A stretch of 64,000 nt of DNA from a bacterium (GCA_037130265.1 JBAXTI010000002.1:26870-90869); one strand, 5' to 3'. Shown: positions 25,853 to 36,884, numbered from the stretch's first letter. Program-made: numbers and translations. Notes: generated by a model from the letters alone, not told the origin.

Positions 25853-28453
25853 ATGAAACCGACTGTTTTAGAGCGATTTGGCAAGCTATTTGGTGATGAC
25901 AACGAGAAAGCCTTGAAAAAGGTGCGTCTTTTGGTGCCCAAAATCAACGCCCTTGAGCCGGAAATAGAGAAGTTGACCAATGAGCAGCTCAAGGCAAAAA
26001 CAGCTGAATTTAAAGCACGTGTGGTGGCAGCGGGAGAAACTAGCGAGGCTCGAAAGGCTGCTCTAGATGCGTTGATTCCAGAAGCCTTCGCTGTTGTTCG
26101 TGAGGCGTCCCGTCGTACCCTCGGCCAGCGACATTTTGATGTTCAGCTAGTGGGCGGTGCGATTATCCACGGCGGGGGTATTGCGGAAATGCGTACCGGC
26201 GAGGGCAAGACCTTGGTGGCGACCTTGCCGGCATATTTGAATGCCCTCGCCGGTAAGGGCGTGCACGTGGTGACCGTAAACGACTACCTTTCTCGGCGAG
26301 ATGCGGTGTGGATGGGCAAGATTTATTCATTCCTTGGTCTATCGGTGAGTGTGCTCAATCACGAAACGTCTTATTTGTATGATCCAGCGCATGTCGCGCC
26401 GACCCAAACTGAAGCCGAAGTGCTCGAGAAGAAGGAAAGTGAACAAGGATTTTTCAAGGTGGTGCATGAATTCATGCGACCATGTAGCCGACGCGACGCG
26501 TATCTCGCTGATATTACTTATGGTACCAATCACGAATTCGGTTTCGATTATCTGCGCGACAATATTGAGTATGAATCAAAAATGCTCCGTCAGCGGGCGC
26601 CGTTCTGTGCCATCGTCGACGAGATCGATTCTATTTTGATCGACGAAGCGCGTACACCGCTTATTATCTCCGCGCCATCACGCGACTCTGGAGAAATGTA
26701 TGCGCAGTTTGCAAAGATTGCCACCACTCTCGAGCAAGAGACCGATTATACTGTCGACGAAAAATTCCGCTCGATTTCTTTGACCGATGCAGGTATTACT
26801 AAAGCCGAGAAGGCTCTCGGTGTCGACAATATTTATACTGAAAAAGGCATCGCCTATGTACATCATCTCGAGACGGCAGTACGAGCGAAGGCGCTGTATC
26901 ATCGCGAGAAGGAGTATGTGGTGAAAGATGGTGAGGTAATGATTGTGGATGAATTCACTGGTCGTCTTCAGCCTGGCCGCCGATGGTCCGAAGGATTGCA
27001 TCAGGCTGTCGAAGCAAAAGAAGGCGTGAAAGTACAGCAGGAATCTCGCACCTATGCTTCGATCACGTATCAAAATCTCTTCCGATTGTACCCAAAACTT
27101 TCCGGTATGACCGGTACTGCACTTACCTCAAAAGAGGAGTTTTTCAAAGTGTATGGATTGGAGACTGTTTCAATCCCAACCCATCGCGAGATCACGCGAA
27201 AGGATCACAACGACCAGATCTTCCAGACTGAGGCGGGGAAGTTTCAGGCGATTGCGCGCAAGGTGAAGGAGCTCAACACCAAAGGACAGCCGGTGCTCAT
27301 TGGTACGGTATCGATCGAGAAAAATCAGCTCTTGTCGGCCTTTTTGAAGCAGGAAGGTGTGAAGCATGAGTTGTTGAATGCGAAGCCCGAATACGCGGAG
27401 CGAGAGGGCGAGATCGTGGCACAGGCGGGCAAGCGCGGTGCGGTGACCATTTCGACCAACATGGCCGGCCGAGGCGTGGATATTAAATTGGGCGGTGCTA
27501 CCGCAACACCCGCTGAATACGAAGAAGTGAAGGCGCTCGGTGGTTTGTTTGTGCTCGGTACTGAGCGCCATGAAGCGCGTCGCATCGACAACCAGCTTCG
27601 AGGTCGCGCCGGCCGACAAGGTGACCCAGGAGACACGCAGTTCTTCGTCTCACTTGAGGACAATTTGATGCGTATTTTTGCTTCGGACACCGTGAAGAAG
27701 ATGATGGGCCGTTTGAATATTCCGGAAGATCAGGCGATCGAAAATATCATCATCACCAAATCGCTTGAAAGTGCACAGACGAAGATCGAAGGTTTTCATT
27801 TTGACGCCCGAAAGCAGGTGCTCGAATATGATGATGTGTTGAATCTTCAGCGATTGAGTATTTACGAGAAGCGCCGAAAAGTTTTGCTCGGTTCGCAATC
27901 TGATGTAGATGCCGCGCTCGAACAGTACGTCGCCGATTCTGGATCTGTCGAATTGGCTGAGGCGATCCGCAAAGTGATAGCAGAAAAGCGTGAGAAGCTC
28001 GGCGAGGCGGAATTTTATGCCACGATCCGCCGCTTGTTGCTCCAATCGGCCGACCTTTTCTGGGTGGAGCATCTCGAGGCGATGGATTATATCCGATCAA
28101 GTGTACGTTTACGTGCGTATGGTCAGCGTGATCCGCTCGTGGAATACAAGAAGGAGGGTTTGTTGTTGTTCAAGCAGATGGGGCTCAGTGTTCGCGAGCA
28201 GGTGTTGAAGCTGTTGCCAAACATTGGCGCTGGTGCCTTTGTGGCCGACGAAAAAGCGATGCGTGAAACACAGAAAAAGATGCATTTGGTCAGTGGCGAT
28301 GAGTCTGCGCCGGCCAATGCTGCGGCCTCGGCGGCAAATGCTGGAAGGACTGCGGGCGGTGGCGCTGCCGACGGCACCTTCGCCAAAGTCGGCCGAAACG
28401 ACGATTGTCCTTGTGGTAGCGGGAAGAAGTACAAGAAGTGTCATGGGCAGTAA
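25853..28453 (+). CDS. secA: Preprotein translocase ATPase SecA
   Basis: Motifs AEMRTGEGKT, VTVNDYL, DEIDSILIDEARTPLIIS, TNMAGRGVDI, RGRAGRQGDPG, and C-terminal CPCGSGKKYKKCHG. Confidence 0.98.
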   Translation: MKPTVLERFGKLFGDDNEKALKKVRLLVPKINALEPEIEKLTNEQLKAKTAEFKARVVAAGETSEARKAALDALIPEAFAVVREASRRTLGQRHFDVQLVGGAIIHGGGIAEMRTGEGKTLVATLPAYLNALAGKGVHVVTVNDYLSRRDAVWMGKIYSFLGLSVSVLNHETSYLYDPAHVAPTQTEAEVLEKKESEQGFFKVVHEFMRPCSRRDAYLADITYGTNHEFGFDYLRDNIEYESKMLRQRAPFCAIVDEIDSILIDEARTPLIISAPSRDSGEMYAQFAKIATTLEQETDYTVDEKFRSISLTDAGITKAEKALGVDNIYTEKGIAYVHHLETAVRAKALYHREKEYVVKDGEVMIVDEFTGRLQPGRRWSEGLHQAVEAKEGVKVQQESRTYASITYQNLFRLYPKLSGMTGTALTSKEEFFKVYGLETVSIPTHREITRKDHNDQIFQTEAGKFQAIARKVKELNTKGQPVLIGTVSIEKNQLLSAFLKQEGVKHELLNAKPEYAEREGEIVAQAGKRGAVTISTNMAGRGVDIKLGGATATPAEYEEVKALGGLFVLGTERHEARRIDNQLRGRAGRQGDPGDTQFFVSLEDNLMRIFASDTVKKMMGRLNIPEDQAIENIIITKSLESAQTKIEGFHFDARKQVLEYDDVLNLQRLSIYEKRRKVLLGSQSDVDAALEQYVADSGSVELAEAIRKVIAEKREKLGEAEFYATIRRLLLQSADLFWVEHLEAMDYIRSSVRLRAYGQRDPLVEYKKEGLLLFKQMGLSVREQVLKLLPNIGAGAFVADEKAMRETQKKMHLVSGDESAPANAAASAANAGRTAGGGAADGTFAKVGRNDDCPCGSGKKYKKCHGQ

Positions 28454-28459
28454 AAAGTA

Positions 28460-29545
28460 ATGTCCGAACAAACTCACGACTGGAAATTCTATCTCACCTC
28501 GGCGGAGGCCTGGGAGGGGATGTTGTCTGTGTGCGAGCAGGCAAAGTCCTCGATCGATTTTGAAGAGTTTATTTTTGAGAATGATGCTGTGGGGGCGCGC
28601 TTTGCGGAGGTGCTTTCACGCAAAGCGCGCGAGGGCGTTCGTGTCCGCCTACTCATCGATATGGTCGGTAGTCTTTTCTTGCTTGGTGCACTGATTATCA
28701 ATCAGATGCGCGACGCGGGTGTCGAGGTGGTCTTTTTTAGTCCGGTTCGCCCTTGGAAATTTTTGCGTTTCAAAGTGTGGCTCCTGCGTGACCATCGCAA
28801 GCTCATGATAGTGGATCGTCACGTCGGCTTTGTTGGTGGGGTTTGTGTCGGCGAGCGCTATGCGGATTGGCGCGACACTTTTGTGCGCATCGAGGGGGCT
28901 ATCGTTGTACATATTCAGGAGGCTTTTGATCATATGTGGTGGACAGCGAAGAAAGATTCCGAAAAAGTGTTTCGTTTTCCGGAACATCGTACAACCGAAG
29001 ATGGTTTTCGTCTGCTCACGAATGCTCCGCATGCTCGCCAGCGCTTCATCAATTCGACCTTTGTGGACGTGATGCGCAACGCGAAACGCTCACTGTATCT
29101 CACTACGCCGTATTTTGTACCTGATCGAAAGTTCTTCCGTGTGCTCCGTCTCGCGGCTCGCCGTGGCGTGGATGTGCGGCTGTTGCTCCCCGAACGCTCG
29201 GATCACCCGTACGTGGATCTGGCATCGAACGCTCACTTCCGCAAAGCGCTGAAGTCTGGCGTGCGCATCTATCGGTATCCGAAGGTGATGATCCATTCCA
29301 AGACGATGATTGTGGATGACGAATGGTGTTCGGTGGGTAGTGCAAACCTCGATAACCTTAGCTCGTTTTCGAATTATGAGCTCAATCTCACCTCCGTGGA
29401 ACGTCGTTTTGTTGAAGAATTGCGGAATCAGTTTTTGGGCGATATCGCCGGCGCCAAAGAGGTGAAAGCCGAGGAATGGAAGAACCGCCCGGCCATCTTG
29501 AAGTTGCTCGAAACCCTCTGTTTGCCATTTGGTAGGTTCTTTTGA
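28460..29545 (+). CDS. cls: Cardiolipin synthase / phospholipase D family (ClsB-like, no N-terminal TM)
   Basis: Two HKD motifs (DHRKLMIVD, IHSKTMIVD), plus TPYFVP and GSANLD. Confidence 0.85.
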   Translation: MSEQTHDWKFYLTSAEAWEGMLSVCEQAKSSIDFEEFIFENDAVGARFAEVLSRKAREGVRVRLLIDMVGSLFLLGALIINQMRDAGVEVVFFSPVRPWKFLRFKVWLLRDHRKLMIVDRHVGFVGGVCVGERYADWRDTFVRIEGAIVVHIQEAFDHMWWTAKKDSEKVFRFPEHRTTEDGFRLLTNAPHARQRFINSTFVDVMRNAKRSLYLTTPYFVPDRKFFRVLRLAARRGVDVRLLLPERSDHPYVDLASNAHFRKALKSGVRIYRYPKVMIHSKTMIVDDEWCSVGSANLDNLSSFSNYELNLTSVERRFVEELRNQFLGDIAGAKEVKAEEWKNRPAILKLLETLCLPFGRFF

Positions 29546-29591
29546 TATGATTCTCCTCGCACTCTCGATTTTGAGATGTCGCGCTGTTTAG

Positions 29592-30986
<1,395 letters not shown>

Positions 30987-31014
30987 TTAGGACATGCACG
31001 AGTCTTTTTTGGTC

Positions 31015-31043
31015 TTGCGTCTTTCTAATGGTTCGTCTATAAT
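31015..31043 (+). promoter_or_regulatory. sigma70 promoter driving a short non-coding unit
   Basis: TTGCGT (31015-31020), 17 nt, TATAAT (31038-31043). No plus-strand ORF follows. Confidence 0.7.
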
Positions 31044-31049
31044 AATACT

Positions 31050-31108
31050 ACTCTAGCCGTAAATCCGGCTCCGAGATTCCTCCCAGCGATGGGAGGTTTC
31101 GTTTTTTT
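31050..31108 (+). ncRNA. Putative ~59-nt small RNA convergent with the PemK/MazF-like gene
   Basis: Has its own promoter, hairpin AGCCG-TAAATC-CGGCT, terminator CCTCCCA-GCGA-TGGGAGG, and a T7 tract. Confidence 0.55.
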
Positions 31109-31505
31109 AGAAACTGCTCTTAATACTTTCCAATAATTTTTCAAAAGGATTTAGGTCCATCCTCCACATTTTTCGCAAAAGTCTCTGAGCACTTATTGTT
31201 CGTAATTGTGAAAAGATGATCCCTCGATACACTCCTTCATGAAGATGTTTGTAGATGTAACGATCGTCCTTTTCTTTTCCTGTCAGCGGAGCGATCAGAA
31301 GCTTGTCCTTATTATATTTTTTCAAGACGATGACAGGTCTCTCGAATTTTTCATGCTTTCCATCCTCCTCTCTTCCAACGTTAACGCCCAAGCTCGCCCA
31401 CCACACCTCGCGTACATTGAAAGGGGTAGAAAATTGAGCATGGTTAAGCTCTTTCTTCACGATATTCCACCTGTCGAAATCTTTCAGGTATTCCTGCGGG
31501 TTCAT
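31107..31505 (-). CDS. PemK/MazF-like endoribonuclease toxin with no adjacent protein antitoxin
   Basis: REVWWASLGVNVGREEDGKHEKFERPVIVL...IAPLT...SQLRTISAQRLLRK matches the PemK/MazF pattern. Confidence 0.8.
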   Translation of the reverse strand: MNPQEYLKDFDRWNIVKKELNHAQFSTPFNVREVWWASLGVNVGREEDGKHEKFERPVIVLKKYNKDKLLIAPLTGKEKDDRYIYKHLHEGVYRGIIFSQLRTISAQRLLRKMWRMDLNPFEKLLESIKSSF

Positions 31506-31591
31506 CTATCTAGCCTAACAAAACAGCGATAAAGAAACTGCTAAAAAAGGCTAAAGAAATACCTAATTTTTGTTAAAGGAATCATTAAAAT

Positions 31592-31626
31592 AAAAAACGC
31601 ACGGAGAACTAAATCTCCGCGCGTTT
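31592..31626 (-). terminator. Intrinsic terminator of the MFS gene
   Basis: Minus strand AAACGCGCGGAGA-TTTAGT-TCTCCGTGCGTTT followed by a T-run. Confidence 0.7.
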
Positions 31627-31653
31627 GCGTTTTCTCTCGATGTTACTCGAACG

Positions 31654-32874
31654 CTACTCCCGCAGCTTCCGATACCTTCGGCACAGCCACCAGGCGCCGA
31701 GCGCGAGCGAGGCGCCTGACCAAGCCCATGTCACAGGAATTCCGGCATATTTTGCCGAAAGTCCGGAGAGTCCTAGGCCGATTGCCCCGCCAATATGGTG
31801 TGCCATCTTTGCACAAGACTCTGTCGTTGCACGGATTTCCGAGTCGGTGATCATGCGATGTATTGTCGTCTGAGAGACAGGTCCAAACACGCCTCGAGGT
31901 ATCTGGCTCAGGGTGAACAAGATCAACGAGAAGGGGAAGGGGCAGACCGCACTTGCTATGACCAATATGCCTGTCCACACCATTGACCTCTTCAATGTCG
32001 AGATAGGCTCTGTTTTTGTGCCACCGAAACGCAGGGCGACCTCACCCCCGACAGCACCACAGACCATCCACAGGCTCAAGAGACCCGCAAGCCAAAACAC
32101 AGACACGTGTTCTTTGAAGAGTGGCTGCCAGAGCATGTTGGTGCCCATACAAGCGAACGATTGTATGGCTGAGAGGAGTGCGAGTGTTCTAATCGTCGGG
32201 TCTTTCCGCGCGAAGGTGACACTGGCGCAAACTTTTCGTTTTAGTTCAACCCAGTGCGCGCGTATCGCGTGCGACTTGCGGACGAAGTAGTTTTCCTGCA
32301 TCAGGTATTTTGCAAGTATGGCGTGCCCGAGCATGAGGATGCCACTGACAATCCAACAGCCGGGCGGATAGAGCGAATATATCCATGCGCCGGTGAGGCT
32401 GCCGAAGATCCCGAACACGACCCCCACGCTATTTTCTCGTGTGAACAGGCGTGCTTTGTATGCCTCAAGTTCATCGCCACTCATGCCGGCATGTTTCAAG
32501 CTGTCTACTAGCCAAGCGCCGAAGGCACCCGACACGCAGGTGCTGCCGATCGCCAAGATCGCTTCGGCTGTGGCGAATCCAATGAAGGAGTCGGACAATC
32601 CGTAGATGATGAGACCAAGTGACCACAGGAGACTCGCCAACACATACAATGATTTTCGTCCGAACGTGTCAGCGTAAGCGCCGGTCGGTATTTCTGCCAG
32701 AAAAAGTGTGCAGAAGAACGCGATGTTAACGCCGTTGGCGAGGGCGTAGTCGTGCAGGTGGTTCATCAGGAAGTCCATATAGACTGCTCCGTGAAATGAA
32801 CTACCGCAAAACGTGCCAACGCCTTCGAGCCCGAGGTAGAGTAGGCCGATCTGTCGAGGTGAATGCTGTTTCAT
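31654..32874 (-). CDS. MFS transporter
   Basis: Motif A EIPTGAYADTFGRK, SGAFGAWLVD, RATTES, and about 12 hydrophobic segments. Confidence 0.88.
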   Translation of the reverse strand: MKQHSPRQIGLLYLGLEGVGTFCGSSFHGAVYMDFLMNHLHDYALANGVNIAFFCTLFLAEIPTGAYADTFGRKSLYVLASLLWSLGLIIYGLSDSFIGFATAEAILAIGSTCVSGAFGAWLVDSLKHAGMSGDELEAYKARLFTRENSVGVVFGIFGSLTGAWIYSLYPPGCWIVSGILMLGHAILAKYLMQENYFVRKSHAIRAHWVELKRKVCASVTFARKDPTIRTLALLSAIQSFACMGTNMLWQPLFKEHVSVFWLAGLLSLWMVCGAVGGEVALRFGGTKTEPISTLKRSMVWTGILVIASAVCPFPFSLILFTLSQIPRGVFGPVSQTTIHRMITDSEIRATTESCAKMAHHIGGAIGLGLSGLSAKYAGIPVTWAWSGASLALGAWWLCRRYRKLRE

Positions 32875-32959
32875 AACGATGTGACCGCTGTATTTTGTTG
32901 TGAAGAACTACACGGCCGCAAGATCATTCTTGCTAGTTGAACCGTACTGAACGCGGAAC

Positions 32960-32990
32960 GAAAAATCCCGACTTCGTTCAGTCGGGATTT
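32960..32990 (-). terminator. Attenuator-type terminator in the MFS leader
   Basis: Perfect 11-bp inverted repeat AAATCCCGACT / AGTCGGGATTT, ending in a T-run on the minus strand, between the promoter and the MFS start. Confidence 0.7.
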
Positions 32991-33014
32991 GTCTAAATGG
33001 TATTGGTCTCAGAA

Positions 33015-33149
33015 TTACTGATTACAATAGGGATTTACACACATTGCGACTGAATAAAATGGGCTGTCGGTGTCCTTTCGGGACGCGACAAAGGCGCCAT
33101 AGAGGGTGGCGTTTGATCCAATATTCATATGTTCGCATGGGTAATGCAT
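33015..33149 (-). CDS. Putative 44-aa leader peptide (MHYPCEHMNIGSNATLYGAFVASRKDTDSPFYSVAMCVNPYCNQ)
   Basis: ATG 7 nt after TATAAT (leaderless). Stop lies 24 nt before the terminator. Confidence 0.4.
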   Translation of the reverse strand: MHYPCEHMNIGSNATLYGAFVASRKDTDSPFYSVAMCVNPYCNQ

Positions 33150-33156
33150 GGGGCGA

Positions 33157-33185
33157 ATTATAGCACTTATCAATACTAAAGTCAA
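33157..33185 (-). promoter_or_regulatory. sigma70 promoter with extended -10
   Basis: Minus strand TTGACT, 17 nt ending in TGc, TATAAT. Confidence 0.8.
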
Positions 33186-33227
33186 CACTAGAAATGCGAA
33201 GCGAATACGAGGTAGAATAGATGTTCT

Positions 33228-34844
33228 ATGATACAAAAAAAGACCCAAGTCACCCTCATTATCCTCGACGGTTGGGGCTATCGAGAAGACTCGAAAGATA
33301 ATGCAATCGCATCGGCAAAGACGCCGAACTTCACGCGACTGTGGAATGCCTCGCCACATGCGTTGCTCCAGGCGAGCGGTGAATATGTCGGTTTGCCAGA
33401 TGGGCAGATGGGCAATAGTGAGATCGGCCACGCCACGATTGGTGCGGGAAAAGTGATCGACACCGAGCTTGTGCGTATCGGCAAGGCAATCCGTACTGGC
33501 GAGTTCGACAAGAATCCTGCTTTCATCGCGCTCTTCGATCATGTCAAAAAGAATCACTCGACACTGCACGTGCAGGGGCTGCTTTCCGATGGCGGAGTAC
33601 ATAGCCATCAGGAGCACCTTTACGCATTTTTGAAGGCCGCGAAGAAAAATGGTGTCACTCGTGTTGCTATTCACGCTTTCACCGACGGTCGAGACACGCC
33701 ACCTCAGAGTGCGGCGAAGTATTTGAAGAATCTCGAAAAGGTTCTCGCCGAAGTCGGCGTTGGTTTTATCGCGACAGTGTCTGGCCGATTCTACGCGATG
33801 GATCGCGACAACAATTGGGACCGTCTCGCCAAGGCAGAGCAGGCGATGTTTGAATGCAAGGGCAATGTCTGCACGATCAAGCCGTCGGCACATGTGGAGG
33901 CGCTCTACAAGCAGGGCAAGCTCGACGAACATCTTGAGCCGATCGTGTGCATGGGTCTCAGTGCCGATGGGTCCGAGGGTTCAGGGCCAGGTGCAAACGG
34001 CTGTGCTATCGAGGAAAACGACGCGGTCCTCTTCTTCAACTTCCGCGCTGACCGTGCACGCATGCTCTCACAGAAAATGCTCGAGAAGCAAGCGAAGAAC
34101 AATGTCTGCTTCGCTACTTTTACCGAATATTCGACTGAGTTCAAATGTCTCGTGGCGTTTCCGCCAGCGACCATCGAGACTACACTTGCCGGCGAAATTT
34201 CCAAAGCAGGTCTGACCCAGGCCCACATCGCGGAGACTGAAAAATTCCCACATGCTACCTACTTCCTCAACGGCGGACGCGAGGAGCCGTACGCAGGCGA
34301 GCGACATATTATGCTCGCGAGCCGTAAAGATGTGCCAACCCACGACCTCGCACCAAAGATGCGCGCAGAAGCTATTGCTGACAAGGCGATTGAGGAAATC
34401 AGTGCAGGTACGGACTTTATTTTCATCAACTTCGCCAATCCCGACATGGTGGGACACACGGCCAATGTTCCAGCGATCATCGAAGCGATCGAAGAGACCG
34501 ACAAACAGCTCGGCCGAGTGATGGATGCAATTGTTGCGCGTGCTGCCAAGGCGGGTACCAGAAACCTGGCGTTTATTACCGCCGATCACGGCAATGCGGA
34601 GATCAACATTGACCCAATCACCGGCACCAAGCACACTTCGCATACGTTGAGCCCGGTCCCTGCGATTTTGGCTGGCGCAGTGGGGCAGGGCGCGGTTGGA
34701 CAGGCGAGTACGACAAATGACTCGAAAAACGCCGCATCTTTGCCAAAAATCCACGATGGTGGCCTCTCCGATATTGCACCGACTATTCTAGCACTCATGA
34801 ATCTTCCACAGCCTGCGACAATGACAGGAAAAAGTCTGCTATAA
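33228..34844 (+). CDS. gpmI: 2,3-bisphosphoglycerate-independent phosphoglycerate mutase
   Basis: Motifs ILDGWG, GQMGNSEIGH, SDGGVHSH, DGRDTPP, GRFYAMDRD, AETEKFPHATYF, NPDMVGH, TADHGNAE. Confidence 0.98.
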   Translation: MIQKKTQVTLIILDGWGYREDSKDNAIASAKTPNFTRLWNASPHALLQASGEYVGLPDGQMGNSEIGHATIGAGKVIDTELVRIGKAIRTGEFDKNPAFIALFDHVKKNHSTLHVQGLLSDGGVHSHQEHLYAFLKAAKKNGVTRVAIHAFTDGRDTPPQSAAKYLKNLEKVLAEVGVGFIATVSGRFYAMDRDNNWDRLAKAEQAMFECKGNVCTIKPSAHVEALYKQGKLDEHLEPIVCMGLSADGSEGSGPGANGCAIEENDAVLFFNFRADRARMLSQKMLEKQAKNNVCFATFTEYSTEFKCLVAFPPATIETTLAGEISKAGLTQAHIAETEKFPHATYFLNGGREEPYAGERHIMLASRKDVPTHDLAPKMRAEAIADKAIEEISAGTDFIFINFANPDMVGHTANVPAIIEAIEETDKQLGRVMDAIVARAAKAGTRNLAFITADHGNAEINIDPITGTKHTSHTLSPVPAILAGAVGQGAVGQASTTNDSKNAASLPKIHDGGLSDIAPTILALMNLPQPATMTGKSLL

Positions 34845-34851
34845 TCTGAGC

Positions 34852-35907
34852 ATGTCGATTGCTCCTCCGAATCGTCTCCAACTGAATTTTTTTTACGTTC
34901 TCCTCGCGGTAATTTCTTTGACGTGTGTGCTTATTTTTCTTCCGTACGTCAGCGCGTTGTTTTTGGCGCTGGTGTTGTCGGTGATTTTTTACCCGCTCTA
35001 CCAGAGGCTTCGAAAGATGACATTCGGGTTCGATAGTGTCGCATCGGCGGCGACTGTAGTTTGTATCAGTATTCTTATTTTGGTGCCGTTGAGCATCTTG
35101 CTGTACTTCCTTTTTCAAGAAGTGAAGTCGGTATACAGCTACTTCACCGATGGTGGCGGCAGTGTCGTGTGGGCGGATTATCTCGGCCGAATGCAGGGGT
35201 TGCTCGGCCGTGTGTTGCCTGATAATTTGGTACCAGAAACAACGATTGGTGATTTGGAAAATTATCTCAACCAATTTTATCAGTGGATCGGTGCGCACTT
35301 CCAAGTCATTTTCACCAATGTACTGAGTATCTCCGGCAACCTATTCATTTTCGTTTTAGGATTGTATTTCTTCTTTCGAGATGGTGATAAGTTTCGAAAG
35401 ATGGTGCTCAAATTGTCGCCACTCAATGACCGCTACGACGAAACAATTTTGAGACGAATGGCCGTGTCCGTGAACTCCGTCGTGAAAGGTTCGCTTTTTG
35501 TGGCTGTGTTGCAGGGCGTATTGATGGGTATTGGTTTTTGGGTATTCGGCGTACCGAACCCTGTCCTCTGGGGCATGGTCTCGGTGCTTGTATCGCTGGT
35601 TCCTGGCGTCGGTATTGCAATCACTTTTGTGCCGGCCGCTCTGTATCTCGCACTCTCGCACGGACTCGGTTCAGCGGCCGGCATCTTTATCTGGAGTATG
35701 TGTGTTGTTGGGGTAACAGACAATATTGTCCGCCCACTCATTATCGAGCGTGGTGTGGCGATTCATCCATTCTTGATTCTCCTTTCCGTATTCGGCGGTC
35801 TCGGTCTCTTCGGCATTATCGGCTTCTTGGTAGGTCCAATCATCCTCAGCCTTCTTTTCGTGCTTATGGAAATGTACTCAGACATTGTCACTCCTCGGGC
35901 GGAATAA
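34852..35907 (+). CDS. AI-2E family transporter
   Basis: Hydrophobic. Motifs FFFRDG, VAVLQG, DNIVRPL, IHPFLILLSVFGG...GFLVGP. Confidence 0.9.
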   Translation: MSIAPPNRLQLNFFYVLLAVISLTCVLIFLPYVSALFLALVLSVIFYPLYQRLRKMTFGFDSVASAATVVCISILILVPLSILLYFLFQEVKSVYSYFTDGGGSVVWADYLGRMQGLLGRVLPDNLVPETTIGDLENYLNQFYQWIGAHFQVIFTNVLSISGNLFIFVLGLYFFFRDGDKFRKMVLKLSPLNDRYDETILRRMAVSVNSVVKGSLFVAVLQGVLMGIGFWVFGVPNPVLWGMVSVLVSLVPGVGIAITFVPAALYLALSHGLGSAAGIFIWSMCVVGVTDNIVRPLIIERGVAIHPFLILLSVFGGLGLFGIIGFLVGPIILSLLFVLMEMYSDIVTPRAE

Positions 35908-35948
35908 AGATATCCCCAAGTGGCAGGTCGGTATGCTATATTGAGTGG

Positions 35949-36857
35949 ATGAAATGGTTTCAAACAACGTGCATTGTTGCGCATAGTGGCAGTTTCCATC
36001 CCGACGACCTGTTGTCGGTGGCCACACTCCGGGCGCTACTCAAGGCTCGAGGTGTACGCTGTGTGAAGGTGGTGCGTACGCGTGAGCAGTCGGAAATCGC
36101 GAAGGCAGATTTTGTTGTTGATGTCGGTGGAGAATACGATCCTTCACGAAATCGATTTGATCATCACCAGGCCGCAGGTGCCGGTGTGCGGGCAAATGGT
36201 ATTCCGTACGCTTCTTTTGGTTTGGTGTGGAAGGCATATGGTGCAGAGTTGTGCGGTTCGGAGAAAGTGGCAGCCGCGATCGATGGTGAATTGGTGCAGG
36301 TAGTGGACGCGATTGATAACGGTGTGGAAATTTGTTCGTCGGTCATCGGCGATGTGCACCCGTATTCTTTTGGGCACGCACTTTCCGCCTTTTTGCCAAG
36401 CTGGAAAGAGCTCGCCGATACCAAGGTGACAGCAGACACTGCTTTTGCTGAAGCGCTAGTATTCGCTGAGACGGTGCTGACTCGAGAGATCATTCGCACA
36501 AAAGATGCCGAAGAGGGTCGGGTGAATGTGGAGAGGGCGTATCGAGAGGCGGTAGATAAGAGAGTTGTTGTGCTCGATCAGTCCTACGTGTGGGGTGACG
36601 TGCTTCGTGGGTACTCAGAGCCGCTCTACGTAATCTATCCGCAGGGTGGAGAAAAGTGGCATGTAAAGGCAGTGCGCAATGATCCGAATTCATTTAAGAA
36701 TCGCAAGGATTTTCCAGTGTCGTGGGCGGGGAAGCGTGATGCAGAATTCGCCCAATTGACCGGCGTTTCTGATGCGCTCTTTTGCCACAAGAACCTATTT
36801 CTGGCAGTGGCCAGTTCGCTCGAAGGAGCCAAAAAGCTCGCGAAATTGGCCATTTAG
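35949..36857 (+). CDS. MYG1 family exonuclease
   Basis: Motifs HSGSFHPDD, RTR, DVGGEYD...FDHHQ, SFGLVWK, DAIDNG, FCH. Start at ATG 35949. Confidence 0.9.
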   Translation: MKWFQTTCIVAHSGSFHPDDLLSVATLRALLKARGVRCVKVVRTREQSEIAKADFVVDVGGEYDPSRNRFDHHQAAGAGVRANGIPYASFGLVWKAYGAELCGSEKVAAAIDGELVQVVDAIDNGVEICSSVIGDVHPYSFGHALSAFLPSWKELADTKVTADTAFAEALVFAETVLTREIIRTKDAEEGRVNVERAYREAVDKRVVVLDQSYVWGDVLRGYSEPLYVIYPQGGEKWHVKAVRNDPNSFKNRKDFPVSWAGKRDAEFAQLTGVSDALFCHKNLFLAVASSLEGAKKLAKLAI

Positions 36858-36884
36858 GCGTTTTTAACGTATAGTGTTGGAACT

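Noticed and set aside
31537-31554. ACTGCTAAAAAAGGCTAA resembles ACTGCTAAAATAAAGGCTAA at 43991-44010
   Set aside because: Short, A-rich, needs an indel, and lies in opposite orientation relative to the downstream genes. Chance cannot be excluded.
35538-35948. N-terminal extensions in the ORF track (MYG1 from 35538, gap from 62431, murB from 24643, secA from 25796, 17666..19570)
   Set aside because: They overlap neighbouring genes or intergenic structure. Family motifs and -10 boxes point to the downstream ATGs.
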